Source: Anaeramoeba ignava BMAN
Lineage: Eukaryota; Protista; Anaeramoebae
NCBI GenBank assembly: GCA_028826165.1
Contig: JAPDFW010000082.1
Location: 124,001-188,000, forward strand
Direction: 5' to 3'
DNA length: 64,000 nucleotides
The position numbers were made by a program, and so were the translations under genes. Below are positions 26,923-41,000 of the stretch, piece after piece; the first letter of the stretch is position 1, and each line of letters opens with the position of its first letter. Below the pieces are notes generated by a model. The model was not told the DNA's origin, ran no database searches, and worked only from the letters and a program-made list of their open reading frames with translations.

Positions 26923-27087
26923 TTCTTATTTTTAATTTTTTCAAAATATGTAATTTGCTTATAAATTGATATATTAATTTTTAGTTTAATTTAAGATTAA
27001 CGGAAAAATTAAATTATGAAAAAAAAAAACAAAAAAAAAATGAATTTTTTCATTTTTTCATTTTTTTTCTTTATTAATTAATAAAAA

Positions 27088-29178
27088 ATGAAAATCATCT
27101 TTTTTTTAATTATTATAGTTATTATTTTTATCAATTTTCCTCAATCAATTCAAAATGAAAATGAATTCGAAAATGAAAATCAATTTCTTCATTTTTCTCA
27201 AAACAAAAAAAATGATCCAAAAGGATTAATTGATGAATTTGAAAAATTATCATCAAAACAAAAACAATTTTGGTCTTCTGTTCAATTTGAAGATGATTTT
27301 ATTCTTATTGGAGACTCTGATATTATACAGCACTTCAAGAATACAATTCAAAACATAAAAATAAAAATACCTGTTATTGTTAAATTAATTGGATTTGATG
27401 GAAATTCAAATCAAAATTCAAATCAAAATTCAAATCAAAATTTTAACTTAAAAATTGAAATGGAACACATACAATTATATTTGGATATTTTAGCTTCAAA
27501 AACAAATCGAATTTTTAATATCCAACAAGAATCATTTTTAAATTTAAATCCTGTTATTGATTATTCTTTCCAAATTGTGGCTTCAAACTCTTCAATTTCA
27601 AAACAACTTTCTCTATTATTCAAAAATCAATTAGAAAAAACTCCATTAAAATCACCTTTTTTGGAAGAGGTTCCTCTTCAAATAATTTCCAGAAATGATG
27701 TCGAAGAAATTTTATATTCAGATTTTGAATCAAATAATAATAATAATAGTTTTGTAATTTATGTTGTCAATTCAAACTCAGAATCAAATTATAAATATAT
27801 CAATTCTAAAGGTTGTGTTTCCAATATATTTCTTGCAAAATCTTCTCGTTTTATTTGGATTGATGTTTCTTCAAACCCACCAATATATGGATTATCATAT
27901 ACTAAGGAAATATTCAATTCATTATCTTTCCCATCTTTGATAAATTTTGTCAAAAAAAACACTCAATTTGAATCCAAAATTTCCAAAAGAAAATTTATTT
28001 CTTCAATTTCAAGGTTTGCAGACCAAGTTTCAACAAAATTTATTATCCCACAAATTGAAAAACTCCCAAATAAACTTTCCATTTCCGATGAAATTATTTA
28101 TCATTTTATTGAAATAAATCAAAATGATCAATCAAAATTTGATTGGGATTTACTCAAAAAATCAATAGAATCGTTCCATTTACCACCATATAAATTCAAG
28201 ATAGAAACAAGAAAATACAACTTAGAGAATTGTGAAAGTTGTAATCTTGCATTCTATTTATCTCAACAAAATCCAAATACTATTAATTCTCAAGAAATTC
28301 ATTTTTGGTTAAACAAATTTTTTGGAAACAATGAAAATCAAAATGAAAATCAAAATCAAAATCAAACTTCATTTTATATTTTCATATTTACAATATCACA
28401 AAAAACACCAGTTTTATTTGATCACGAAAAAATAATATCAGTTGATAATCAATCAATTATTGCCTTTTATAATATTAATGAAGAAGAAGAAAAAAAAAAT
28501 ATCAAGATTAATGAAGCAGTTTTTTGTTTAAATCAAGATGATTCAAACCAAATACTTTATCAAGATATCAACAACCAAACCTTAATAACTCAAAAAATCA
28601 TTTGGAATTTGATGAGAATTGTCTTTGGAATTTTGCCCAGTTATTATCAATGGAATCCAAAAGAAACCAAAATTGAATTCGATTATTTCTTAACTTTTTC
28701 AGGAGGAACATTTAGTGAATTTTCAGATGATTTAATATCACCAATACACACAGAAATAGGATATCGACAAGTGATTTATTCTTTGATTTATAACTATTAC
28801 TTAGTGCTTACGGATGCATTTAGAGAATTTGAGATGCTTCATATGAAAATATATGAAATTTTAAGTGAAGAAAACTATAAAATTTTTATTCAAAGATTAA
28901 ATGTTTTCAAATTCAAAATGAACAAAATCCAAAACAGTTTCCAAGAATTTGATTTACAAAGTGGATTGTATTTTGCTTATTCTATGAAACATGAAGTTGA
29001 TTCAATTAAAAAAATCATAAAATCTTCTGTTTTGGAATTCCAATCTGTGATTTATTGTGAAGATGATTCGTTCACTTTAAATGAAAAGAATAGAAGAAAT
29101 AACCAATTCTTTTTATTCATTGATTTTATTTTGCTTGTTTTCATTTTTTATTTCATTTTCAAAAATCCAAATAGATGA
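27088..29178 (+). CDS. Signal-peptide plus C-terminal TM protein, resembling the plant/protist DUF7906-type uncharacterised membrane proteins
   Basis: N-terminal hydrophobic leader and C-terminal TM. IPVIVKLIGF, FVIYVVN and RFIWIDVSSNPPIYG recall that family's RYxWIDLxAGPxxYG motif. The family call is tentative. Confidence 0.6.
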   Translation: MKIIFFLIIIVIIFINFPQSIQNENEFENENQFLHFSQNKKNDPKGLIDEFEKLSSKQKQFWSSVQFEDDFILIGDSDIIQHFKNTIQNIKIKIPVIVKLIGFDGNSNQNSNQNSNQNFNLKIEMEHIQLYLDILASKTNRIFNIQQESFLNLNPVIDYSFQIVASNSSISKQLSLLFKNQLEKTPLKSPFLEEVPLQIISRNDVEEILYSDFESNNNNNSFVIYVVNSNSESNYKYINSKGCVSNIFLAKSSRFIWIDVSSNPPIYGLSYTKEIFNSLSFPSLINFVKKNTQFESKISKRKFISSISRFADQVSTKFIIPQIEKLPNKLSISDEIIYHFIEINQNDQSKFDWDLLKKSIESFHLPPYKFKIETRKYNLENCESCNLAFYLSQQNPNTINSQEIHFWLNKFFGNNENQNENQNQNQTSFYIFIFTISQKTPVLFDHEKIISVDNQSIIAFYNINEEEEKKNIKINEAVFCLNQDDSNQILYQDINNQTLITQKIIWNLMRIVFGILPSYYQWNPKETKIEFDYFLTFSGGTFSEFSDDLISPIHTEIGYRQVIYSLIYNYYLVLTDAFREFEMLHMKIYEILSEENYKIFIQRLNVFKFKMNKIQNSFQEFDLQSGLYFAYSMKHEVDSIKKIIKSSVLEFQSVIYCEDDSFTLNEKNRRNNQFFLFIDFILLVFIFYFIFKNPNR

Positions 29179-29229
29179 TGAAAAATAAAAAAAAATTTTG
29201 AAATTAAATCATTTTTTTAAATAAAAGAA

Positions 29230-30261
29230 ATGGAATTTAAATTATTTTTTCTATTTTTACAAATTTTATCAGGATGTGGAATAAATAATATTGCACTTGA
29301 ATTCATTTTAAAATTAGATTCAAAATGTGGGATATTTTTAACATTTTTTGAATTATCTTCAATAGCAATAGTTAATTTACCAAGAATAATATCAAAATAT
29401 TTACAAGGAAAAGGTGCTAAAATACCATTTAAATCATTTCTTCCTCTTGTAGGAACTTTTTTCTTACTTTCTATAACAAATAATATTGCATATGCATTTT
29501 CAATTCCTGTTCCTTTACACATGATTTTTAGATCAGCTTCTTTAATTACAAATGCTTTACTTCGTTTTTTAATTTTAAACGAAAAAATCAATTTAAAACA
29601 ATTATTTGCTCTTATTTTTGTTTCATTTGGAACTTTTACTGCTTCTTTTTCTTCATATAAACTTTCAAAACAACAAAATATTAATAATATTAATAATATA
29701 ATTATTGAATCAGAACAAAAACCTGGAAATTTTTTAATTGGAGTCTTTTTTCTATTTGTTGTTCTTTTTATGTCAGCTTTTCTTGGTGTTTTACAAGAGA
29801 TTACTTATAAGAAATATGGGAGATATCCTGAAGAAGTTTTATATTTCTCACATTCTTTATCAGTTCCTTTATTTATTCCATTTTATAAAAATATTTATTC
29901 ACACATTAAGATATTTAACAAATCAAAACCTTTTATTTTCTCTGATGAAATGATTTCTATTATTCCATCTTTTATTTCTCAAATTCCAAGATTATGGATT
30001 TTTTTCTTTATTAATATTTTAACTTATCATTTTTGTATTAGAGGAGTTTATCAAATTTCAAGTATTACAGATTCTTTAACAACAACTTTTATGTTATCAG
30101 TTAGGAAATTTATTAGTATTTTAATAAGTGTTCTTTATTTTAGAAATGTTTTTACTTTTTATCATTGGATTTCAACAATTTTGGTTTTTTCTGGTTCAAT
30201 TTTTTATGTTATTGGGAAAATGGAAAATAATCAAAAAAAAGAAATAAAGAAATCAAATTAA
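29230..30261 (+). CDS. SLC35B4: UDP-GlcNAc/UDP-xylose nucleotide-sugar transporter (SLC35B4/YEA4, UAA family)
   Basis: GCGINNIALE, NNIAYAFSIPVPLHMIFRS, GVLQEITYKKYG, EVLYFSHSL, CIRGV, RKFISILIS..YFRN, and a KKxx-like end. Confidence 0.92.
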   Translation: MEFKLFFLFLQILSGCGINNIALEFILKLDSKCGIFLTFFELSSIAIVNLPRIISKYLQGKGAKIPFKSFLPLVGTFFLLSITNNIAYAFSIPVPLHMIFRSASLITNALLRFLILNEKINLKQLFALIFVSFGTFTASFSSYKLSKQQNINNINNIIIESEQKPGNFLIGVFFLFVVLFMSAFLGVLQEITYKKYGRYPEEVLYFSHSLSVPLFIPFYKNIYSHIKIFNKSKPFIFSDEMISIIPSFISQIPRLWIFFFINILTYHFCIRGVYQISSITDSLTTTFMLSVRKFISILISVLYFRNVFTFYHWISTILVFSGSIFYVIGKMENNQKKEIKKSN

Positions 30262-30378
30262 ATAAAAAATAGAAATTAAAATTAATTAAAATTTCCTTTC
30301 AAAATTTGTTTTAATTTTGTTTTGAATTGAAAAGAAAAATTGAATTGAAAAGAAAAATTGAATTGAAAGAAAAATTGC

Positions 30379-33177
<2,799 letters not shown>

Positions 33178-33466
33178 TTCTTATTTAATTATTAATTAGG
33201 AATATTAATTAGAAATTTATTTATTTTTGTTTATTTATTTTACTTAAAAATTGAAATAGAAAATTGAAAAGAAAAAAATGAAAAAAAAATTAAAATTAAA
33301 ATATTTTTTTTTTGCTTTTTTTTTGTTTAAAATAAAATAAATAAAAAAAGGAGAAAAACTTAAAAGGGATCTTTTTATTTATTTATTTTTCTTTCTTTTT
33401 TATTTTTGTTTCTAAAAAAAAAGAAGAAAAGAAATTTGATTAAATTGATTTTTTCCTTAAATTTAA

Positions 33467-34797
33467 TTAAAATTTTTCTGCTTTTTTTAAATTTTCATTT
33501 GTAGTTTCAAATTTAGATTGAAGTTTTAAAATTATTGAAGATTGTTTCCATAAATAAAATGTTAAAATAGATTGAAAAAATAAGGAAACCCATTCACTTA
33601 TTGATCCAAGAAATCCTTTACTTAAATGATCTAAAAATGGAATGGAAACATAAGCAACAATCCACCAAAAAATTGGTTTTAAAATTTTTGGACTAATTTT
33701 ATATTTGGACATACACCAACAAATAGGCGCAAGTAAAGAGTAAAGGATCTTTTTTTAATTATAATTTTAATTTTAAATTTAATTTTAATTTTAAATTTAA
33801 TATTAATTTTAAATTGAATTTTAATTTTAATTTTGATTTTAGTTTTAATTTTAATTTTAATTTTAATTTTAATTTGAATTTTAATTTTATTTTGAATTTT
33901 AATTTTAATTTTGGATTTAATTTTAATTTTAATTTTAATTTTAATTTTAATTTTAATTTTAATTTTAATTTTAATTTTAATTTTAATTTTAATTTTAATT
34001 TTAATTTTAATTTTAATTTTAATTTTGATATTAATTTTAATTTAATTTTTGATTTGAATTTTTAAATTGAATTTTAATTTTAATTTTAATTTTAATTTTA
34101 ATTTTAATTTTAATTTTAATTTTGAATTGAATTTTAAAATTGAATTTTAATTTGAATTTTTAAATTGAATTTTAATTTTAAAATTGAATTTTAATTTTAA
34201 TTCGAAAAATCTACAAATTTTATATTTGATGATATTGCCAATAAAAGAAATTTCCAATCAAATTGTGTCTTGAGAGTTCCAATCCATAAAATTAAAAATT
34301 TAGAAAAAAAAGATTCTGAAGATCCCCAACTAAAAGCTAATAAAGGAGTTCCTCTTTCATTTATTTTTAAGAACTTAATTAGCCAGTACATCCCAATAAA
34401 ATCAAGAAGCTCTATAATAAATAACATTATTGCTGAAATGATCTTAAAAGAAATGGTTATTTTTTCTTCTGTTTCTTGATCAGGTAAAAATGTTGCCATT
34501 AATCCAAGCTTTTTTTTTAATTTAAAAATGTGAAAGAAGAAGAATAAACAAAAAGAAAGAAAAAATTATATAATTATATAAATTTAATTTTTAATCATTT
34601 CTCATTCAAATTAACAAAATTAATTCATTTCTTTCATTTCTTAAATTGCAAACTTTAATTATTATTGTTATAACATAAGCACTTATTCCATAAAGATATG
34701 TTGTTGTTTGAAATCTTGACACTAAATTGTGCTTATAAAACATAAAAGGAACTGAAACTAATATTGAAATACAAGTTGAAAGATAAACGAAACCCAT
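33467..34797 (-). CDS. TMEM147: TMEM147 (BOS/nicalin-NOMO complex subunit), ~239 aa. Exons 34797-34654, 34508-34215, 33748-33467
   Basis: KLGLMATFLP, LDFIG, W.SSE, LWIG....FDWKF...AISSNI match TMEM147 hallmarks. Both introns are phase 0. Confidence 0.85.
33757..34200. repeat. (AATTTT)n array in TMEM147 intron 2 (33749-34214)
   Basis: Direct inspection. Confidence 0.92.
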
Positions 34798-34842
34798 TTT
34801 ATTTCTATTATTTTGTTTTATATTTTTTTTTATTATCGAAAA

Positions 34843-34870
34843 AAAATGAAAAAAATGAAAAAAAATGAAA
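34843..34870 (-). promoter_or_regulatory. Tandem TCATTT motifs (3 copies) upstream of TMEM147
   Basis: Plus-strand ATGA at about 34846, 34855 and 34865. The ATG is at 34797. Confidence 0.5.
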
Positions 34871-34932
34871 ATAAAAAAATTTTTTTTATCATTTCAAAAA
34901 AAAAAAATAAATTTATTTCTTTTTTTGTTTTT

Positions 34933-36627
34933 CTAAATTCTGATTTTTCTCACTAAACCATAAGCAACTGTTACACCTTTTTTTTTTTGTTATATAAAAA
35001 AATGTCAAAAAAAAATTAGAAAAATTGTTTAATTTAATGGAAAAAACAAAAGTGGAATTACCTCGATCTCTCAATAATATTTTTGATAATGGTTCAAAAA
35101 TAGAAAAGGGTTCAATACAAATTTCCTGGAATAAACTAATCTTCACAACTCCAGATTCGCCTTCTTTGAGAAATAAAGGATTTTTTTTCTTCATCTTTTT
35201 GTGATTCACACTTGATATGATTTCAGTTACTTCGCATTCTGAAAAGGAACTTAAAGAATGAAGAATGCATTTGAATCCTTTTGCAAATATCCCAGTTGTT
35301 CCACAAATTGTTATTTGACAAAGAAGTTGCTTTGGGATTGATACTGAAGATTGAGAATCGCACAAAACACACCCAGCATCAATGTATTCAAATGATTCTG
35401 GATCCAATATAATCTTCACTTGATCTCCACTTTTACATTCTTTAACTGAGGATTCTTGAATTTTAATATCTTTGATTTCACATTTGAACTTGTGTTTTTG
35501 TTGGTAAATAAATAATAAACTGTAATAATTTATATTTTAAAATGTTGAATTACTTTTTTTGGAAATATCATGATTTGTTTTTTTTTCGAAATTTTTCCTG
35601 ATAATACTTTCCCAAATAAATATATTTCCTTCATTGTTTTTTGGTATTTATCTAAAACAAGCATTCGGAATTGATTCTCTATAAATTTTTCTTGTTTTAT
35701 ATAATTATCTATGATATCCAAAAGAGATTGATCTTTGCAATTTAAATTTTCAATTAAATTTTCAATTTGAATTTGATTTTGATTTTGATTTTGATTTTGA
35801 TTTTGATTTTGATTTTGATTTTGATTTTGATTTTGATTTTGATTTTTTGAAATATTCATTCCAGTTCTTGCTGAAATTGGAAGAAAAAAAACTTGTTTCT
35901 CCAAATCTAATCCAATTTTCTGCATAAAATTTGAAAGAGAACTCACAATAATTTTCAAATATTCTGGCTCTACTAACAAATCTATTTTATTAATCAACAC
36001 AACAAATTGAGAAATACCAAGACTTTTGGCAATTAATAAATGTTCCACAGTTTGTCCTTTTGGAAATCCTTCTTCAAATTCTTCTTTAATTGAACTTACA
36101 ACTAATAATCCCAAATCTATTTGAGAAATGGTATTGATCACTAAAAAAATTTTTTTTGTTCCACTTTTTTGTTTTAATTGTTTTTTTTTCTTCTTATATT
36201 TTTTCATTTACTTTCAGGTATAAAATATTTTTTTCCTGGAATATCAAACAAAATAATTTGCTTATTTTTTGTTTCTAAATGAAATTTTGTTATTTCTTGA
36301 CTTGAATTCTAAATGAAAGAAAAAAAGAAAGAAATTATTTTTAAATTTTCTTTTCTTTTCTTTTCTTTTCTTTTTTACTGAAATTCTTTCTTCATTTGAA
36401 TTATCAGTTATCCAAGAAAAATGTTGATTTTGATTATTTCCTGAAAATTGTTGAAAAAGTTTCAAAACTTTTTGATTGATTTTTCCTGTTTGAATTAAAA
36501 TTTGACCAGCAATAGAACTTTTTCCAGATCCATTTTGTCCAATTAACGCAATAGAAATTTGCTTTTTAATTTGAGTTTGATTTTTTTCTTGATCTGAAGT
36601 TTCATCTTCAAGATAAATAAAATTCAT
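34933..36627 (-). CDS. Divergent eRF3/Hbs1/EF1A-superfamily translational GTPase, ~467 aa. Exons 36627-36379, 36308-36212, 36140-35554, 35488-35062, 34976-34933
   Basis: G1 GQNGSGKS, SWITDNSNEER, G3 DIPGK, EFEEGF..GQTVEH, G4 INKID, G5 PISARTG, beta-barrel domains II/III and terminal LRDRGVTVAYG. Four short introns (65-85 nt) keep the frame. Confidence 0.85.
35770..35846 (-). repeat. Coding (CAAAAT)n encoding a poly-NQ insertion in the GTPase
   Basis: NQNQNQ... in frame after the G5 motif. Confidence 0.9.
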
Positions 36628-36805
36628 AAAAATAAAAAAAATAAAAAATGAAAAAAATAAAAAATGAAAAATAAAAAAAAATAAAAATAAATAAAAAATT
36701 AAAAAATAAAAAAGGGAAAATTATTTTCAATTTCTTTTTTCTTTTAAAAAAACAAATTCCACTTTTTCTTTTTGTTTTTTTTTATTTAAATTTTTTTTTC
36801 CTTTT

Positions 36806-36866
36806 TTTCATTTTTTTCATTTTTTTTTTTCATTTTTTCATTTTTCATTTTTTCATTTTTTCATTT
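36806..36866 (+). promoter_or_regulatory. Tandem TCATTT motifs (7 copies) upstream of ATG 36883
   Basis: (T)nCA repeated immediately before the start codon. Confidence 0.55.
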
Positions 36867-36882
36867 ATTTTTCCTTTTTTCA

Positions 36883-37587
36883 ATGTCTGGAGATCCTTTT
36901 GAAGATGATAATGATGACTTTTTTGATGATGAAGACGAAGATGATGATAAAGATCCTTTTAATATAAATGACAAAGAAAAAGACAAACAAACCAAGAAAT
37001 TAGAAGATAAAAAAGCAGGAGATACAAAACCAAAAAAAGATGATAAAGATGAAGACGATGATGATGATGATGATGATAAAGATCTTTTTAAAGATGAAGA
37101 CGATGATGATGATGATAAAGATCTTTTTAAAGATGAAGACGATGAAGATGATGATGATGATAAAGATCCTTTTGATGATGATAAAGATCTTTTTGAAGAT
37201 GATGATGACAAAGAAAAAGACAAACAAACCAAGAAATTAGAAGATTCAAATACAAAAAATTCAAATACAAAAAATTCAAATACAAAAAATTCAAATACAA
37301 AAAATTCAAATACAAAAAATTCAAATAATACAAAAAATTCAAATAATACAAAAAATTCAAATACAAAAAATAAAGATGATAAAGGTCTTTTTGATGAAGA
37401 TGATGAAGATGAAGATATTTTTGGTGAAGATAATGATCAATTACCATTGAGAGATTTCTTGAAATTGGTGACACTTATAAACAAACAAATTAAAGAGAAA
37501 AAAAAAAAAACAAAAAACAAAAAAGATCTTCTAATACTTGATTTAAAAAAAGATTTCCAAATCAAACCAGTAAAAATCAAAAATTAA
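36883..37587 (+). CDS. Acidic low-complexity protein with DPF/DLF motifs and SNTKN repeats; the 3' end is uncertain (possible small intron near 37468-37608)
   Basis: 234-aa ORF with Inr-like motifs upstream, internal duplications and a 15-bp tandem at 37246-37370. No recognisable domain. Confidence 0.65.
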   Translation: MSGDPFEDDNDDFFDDEDEDDDKDPFNINDKEKDKQTKKLEDKKAGDTKPKKDDKDEDDDDDDDDKDLFKDEDDDDDDKDLFKDEDDEDDDDDKDPFDDDKDLFEDDDDKEKDKQTKKLEDSNTKNSNTKNSNTKNSNTKNSNTKNSNNTKNSNNTKNSNTKNKDDKGLFDEDDEDEDIFGEDNDQLPLRDFLKLVTLINKQIKEKKKKTKNKKDLLILDLKKDFQIKPVKIKN

Positions 37588-38020
37588 AATATTACCATTT
37601 TTTAAAAGGAATTAATCAAAAAAAAGAAAAAGAAAAACGAACTAAAATCTCATATTCCATTTCTTTATTCATCTTTATTTTTTTCTTGCGAAACAACAAA
37701 ATGAAAAATTTTTCGGATAATTTCTTTTTAATTTTAAAAAAAATTAAGCAAAAATAAATGAAAATTAAAAAGAAAAAAATTTTGGATTGAATTGAATTGA
37801 ATTGAATTTTATTTTTAAAATTAAATTTGCTATAAATTTATTTTTAAAATTAAATTAAAAAATATGAACACGTAGTAAAAAAAAAAATATAAAAAAAAAA
37901 AGCAAAATCAAAAATAAACAAAAATTTTTTGCCTTCCTAATTATAAAAATTAAAATAAAAAAAATTAAAAAATAAAAAATTAAAAATCATTTTTTTTCTT
38001 TTTTAAAAAGAAATAAGAAG

Positions 38021-41000
38021 ATGTGGTCTGTTGATATTATTATCAACAAAGCAAAATTTAATGGCTCTCTTTGCGAGCCTTATTGCAAATTTAAACATGA
38101 TAACAAAGAATACAAAACAAATATAGAACACCAAACAAATGCACCTCGTTGGTTAAAAAAATTTGAACTTAAAGGAATATCCTCAACATTTACAACACTT
38201 GAATTTGATATTTATACAGCAAACAAAATTGGAAGTGATACATTTATTGGTAAAACAAAAGTTCATCTCATAAAAGAAATGCAAAAACATGGAATGAAAA
38301 ACGGACAAGCAGTTCTTGGAATGGCAGATTTTGAAGAAGATTATCCAGTTTATTTCCAAAAAGATCAAAATTTAAATCGCGGTCCAATTCAAGGCAAAAT
38401 GAAATTAAGATTCAAATTTGTATTTCCTGAAAATATCCCTCAATGGAATGAAATGCCTGTAAATGCAATTTTTGGTGATACTCCAACAGGAATACCTTCT
38501 GGCTATATGGGAATAACAATGGTTGTTGAAAAGGGAAAAGAACTTCAGGCTGTTAGTGGAAACACTTCCGATCCTCTTGTTGAAATTGATTTTGATAAAA
38601 GAAAATACAAAACAGATCCTGAAAGAAAAACTGTAAATCCTCGATGGGATAAACGTTTTGATTTTGTAGTTGCAGTTAATGAAATAACACCAGATTTTTT
38701 TATTGAATTGAAAAGTGGGAATAATATATTAGGACAAACAAGCATATGCATATATACCCTTATAGCGCAATGGTTTACACCTAATTTACTTCAATATGTA
38801 TTCCGTGATTGGTACAAAATGGATGAAGGAAAAATCAAAATTTCAATTAGAGTTTGTTTCCCAAGTGATGTTGATTATACATTTTTATATCAACTATGCG
38901 GATTTGCACCAATTATACCAAGACCAGTTTTCGATTTAACTCGACCATCAAATCAATGGGGTATTAGAATAACCATTTTTGAAGCAATAGGATTACCAGC
39001 AGTTGATGGCTCGACTTCAGATCCTTATTGCTTGTTTAATATCAATGATAACGAAACTTGCAGAACCAAAACAATCAAAAGTACAACGGCTCCGTATTGG
39101 GAAGAATCATTTATGGAAACAAATGAAGCTGAGAAACTTAAGAAATTAGAAATTTCTGTTTTTGATGCAAATCCAATAAGAAAAGACCAAAAATTAGGAA
39201 GTGTTAAAATCAAATTACATGCTATTGTTGCAAATCATCTTGCAATGCTACAAATGGGACAAAGGATTTTTATTGTTGAAGACTGGTATCCAATGATTAG
39301 GAAAGTTGACGAAAGAAAAACACATGGAACAGAATATGGAAGATTAAGAATCAGAACAAGAATTGAAATACCACCAAATATTGATATTAATGGACTAGTT
39401 AGAATGTGTTTCCCAACAATGAAATTAATGGATTCAATGTTTCCATCGTTAAATGAAGATCAAGTTGGAGTTTATTTTGATATTATTTCTGCAAGAGATT
39501 TACCTTCTGCAGATCAAAATGGATTTTCGGATCCATTTGTTTCAGTTCAATTCCGAGCACCAGAACAAATACAAACAGAAATAACGCCTATTGAAGAAAA
39601 AGGAAAAAAAGGAAAAAAACCCAAAAAGCCTTCTAAAAAAGAATTGAAAAAACAAAAGCAAAAACAAACAGAATACAAAACAAAAGTAATAAAGAAAACC
39701 TTGAATCCCAAATGGGACGAAAATTTCAAGCATACTTGCAATATTTCAGAACTTAATTTAATGTCTGTCGATGTTTTTGATTGGGATCGTTTTTCTAAGA
39801 ACGATCTTCTTGGTTCAATTTCTCTTAAATTAAAGAAACTTATCCGAAAGCAATATGCTGAAGGCCAAACAATTTATAATTTTGTTGGAAGATTTCAACT
39901 TCGAGGAGAAATTGATAAATCAACAGGAGAGAGATCAGATGCAGGACAAATTCGTATGCAGATTCATGTTGAGTTTTCGAAAAAGGCAAATTCAGAAAGT
40001 TTAAAAAAGATACTTGGAGTTATACCGCCACCACTTCAAAGAATATTAACACCATCAACAAACAAAAATCAATGGTCTGTTTCTATAACTGTTTTGAAAG
40101 GAGAAGGATTAATAGCAACTGATGTTAATGGGCTTTCTGATCCATTTTGTAAAGTTTTTGCTGATTGTGCTGGGAAAACAGTTTTCAAAACCAAAACATG
40201 CAAAAAAACATTATTTCCTGTTTGGAAAGAAACTTTCAATTTTTCGTTTGATCCTTATAAAAGAATTCGTTTTGAAATATTTGATTGGGATCGTATGGGA
40301 AAAAATGATCTTATGGGAATTGCACGCTTTAAACTTTTTGCGGAAATGAAGAAAGCATATCAAAATGGAAAAGAAATATTTGTTTGGAAAAAAAAAAGAT
40401 TACCAATTTATAGCGCCCCTGATAAGCAAACAGGAAAGAAAAAGAAACAAGGTTCAATATATGTAGCTGTTCGTATTGAACTCCCATCCCAAACAAATCA
40501 TCAAATTCTTCAACAAATTATTGGAGTTATTCCCAAAACCAATCTCCCAAGACTAATGCCAACACCACAAGAAGGTAAAATCTCGCTTCAATTAACTATT
40601 CGAAGAGCAAATGGAGTTCCACAATCTGATATCGGATCATTTTCAGATCCACTTTGCAAATTTATTGTTAGTGGAAAGGAATATAAAACTGAAACACAAA
40701 AATCCACATTATTTCCACGATGGAATGAAACATTTGTATTTCAAAATATGGATCCACAAGATATTCAAAAAATAGCACTCCGAGTATATGATTGGGATCG
40801 AGTTGGTAAAAATGATCTTCTTGGAACTGCAAGACTTAATTGTGGATATATGATCAAATTTCTTCTTTCCCAAACACAATTTGTTTATCAATGTGATCGA
40901 GTCAAAATACCATTAATGCCACCTCTTCATCCCAAATACGGACAAGCACCCGCACATGGAGATGTTTATATTGATGCAAGAATTGAGATTGCAGATTCTA

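Noticed and set aside
34933-36627. Stop-codon reassignment suggested by a divergent release-factor-like gene
   Set aside because: TAA, TGA and TAG all terminate genes at expected positions here, and long ORFs contain no in-frame stops.
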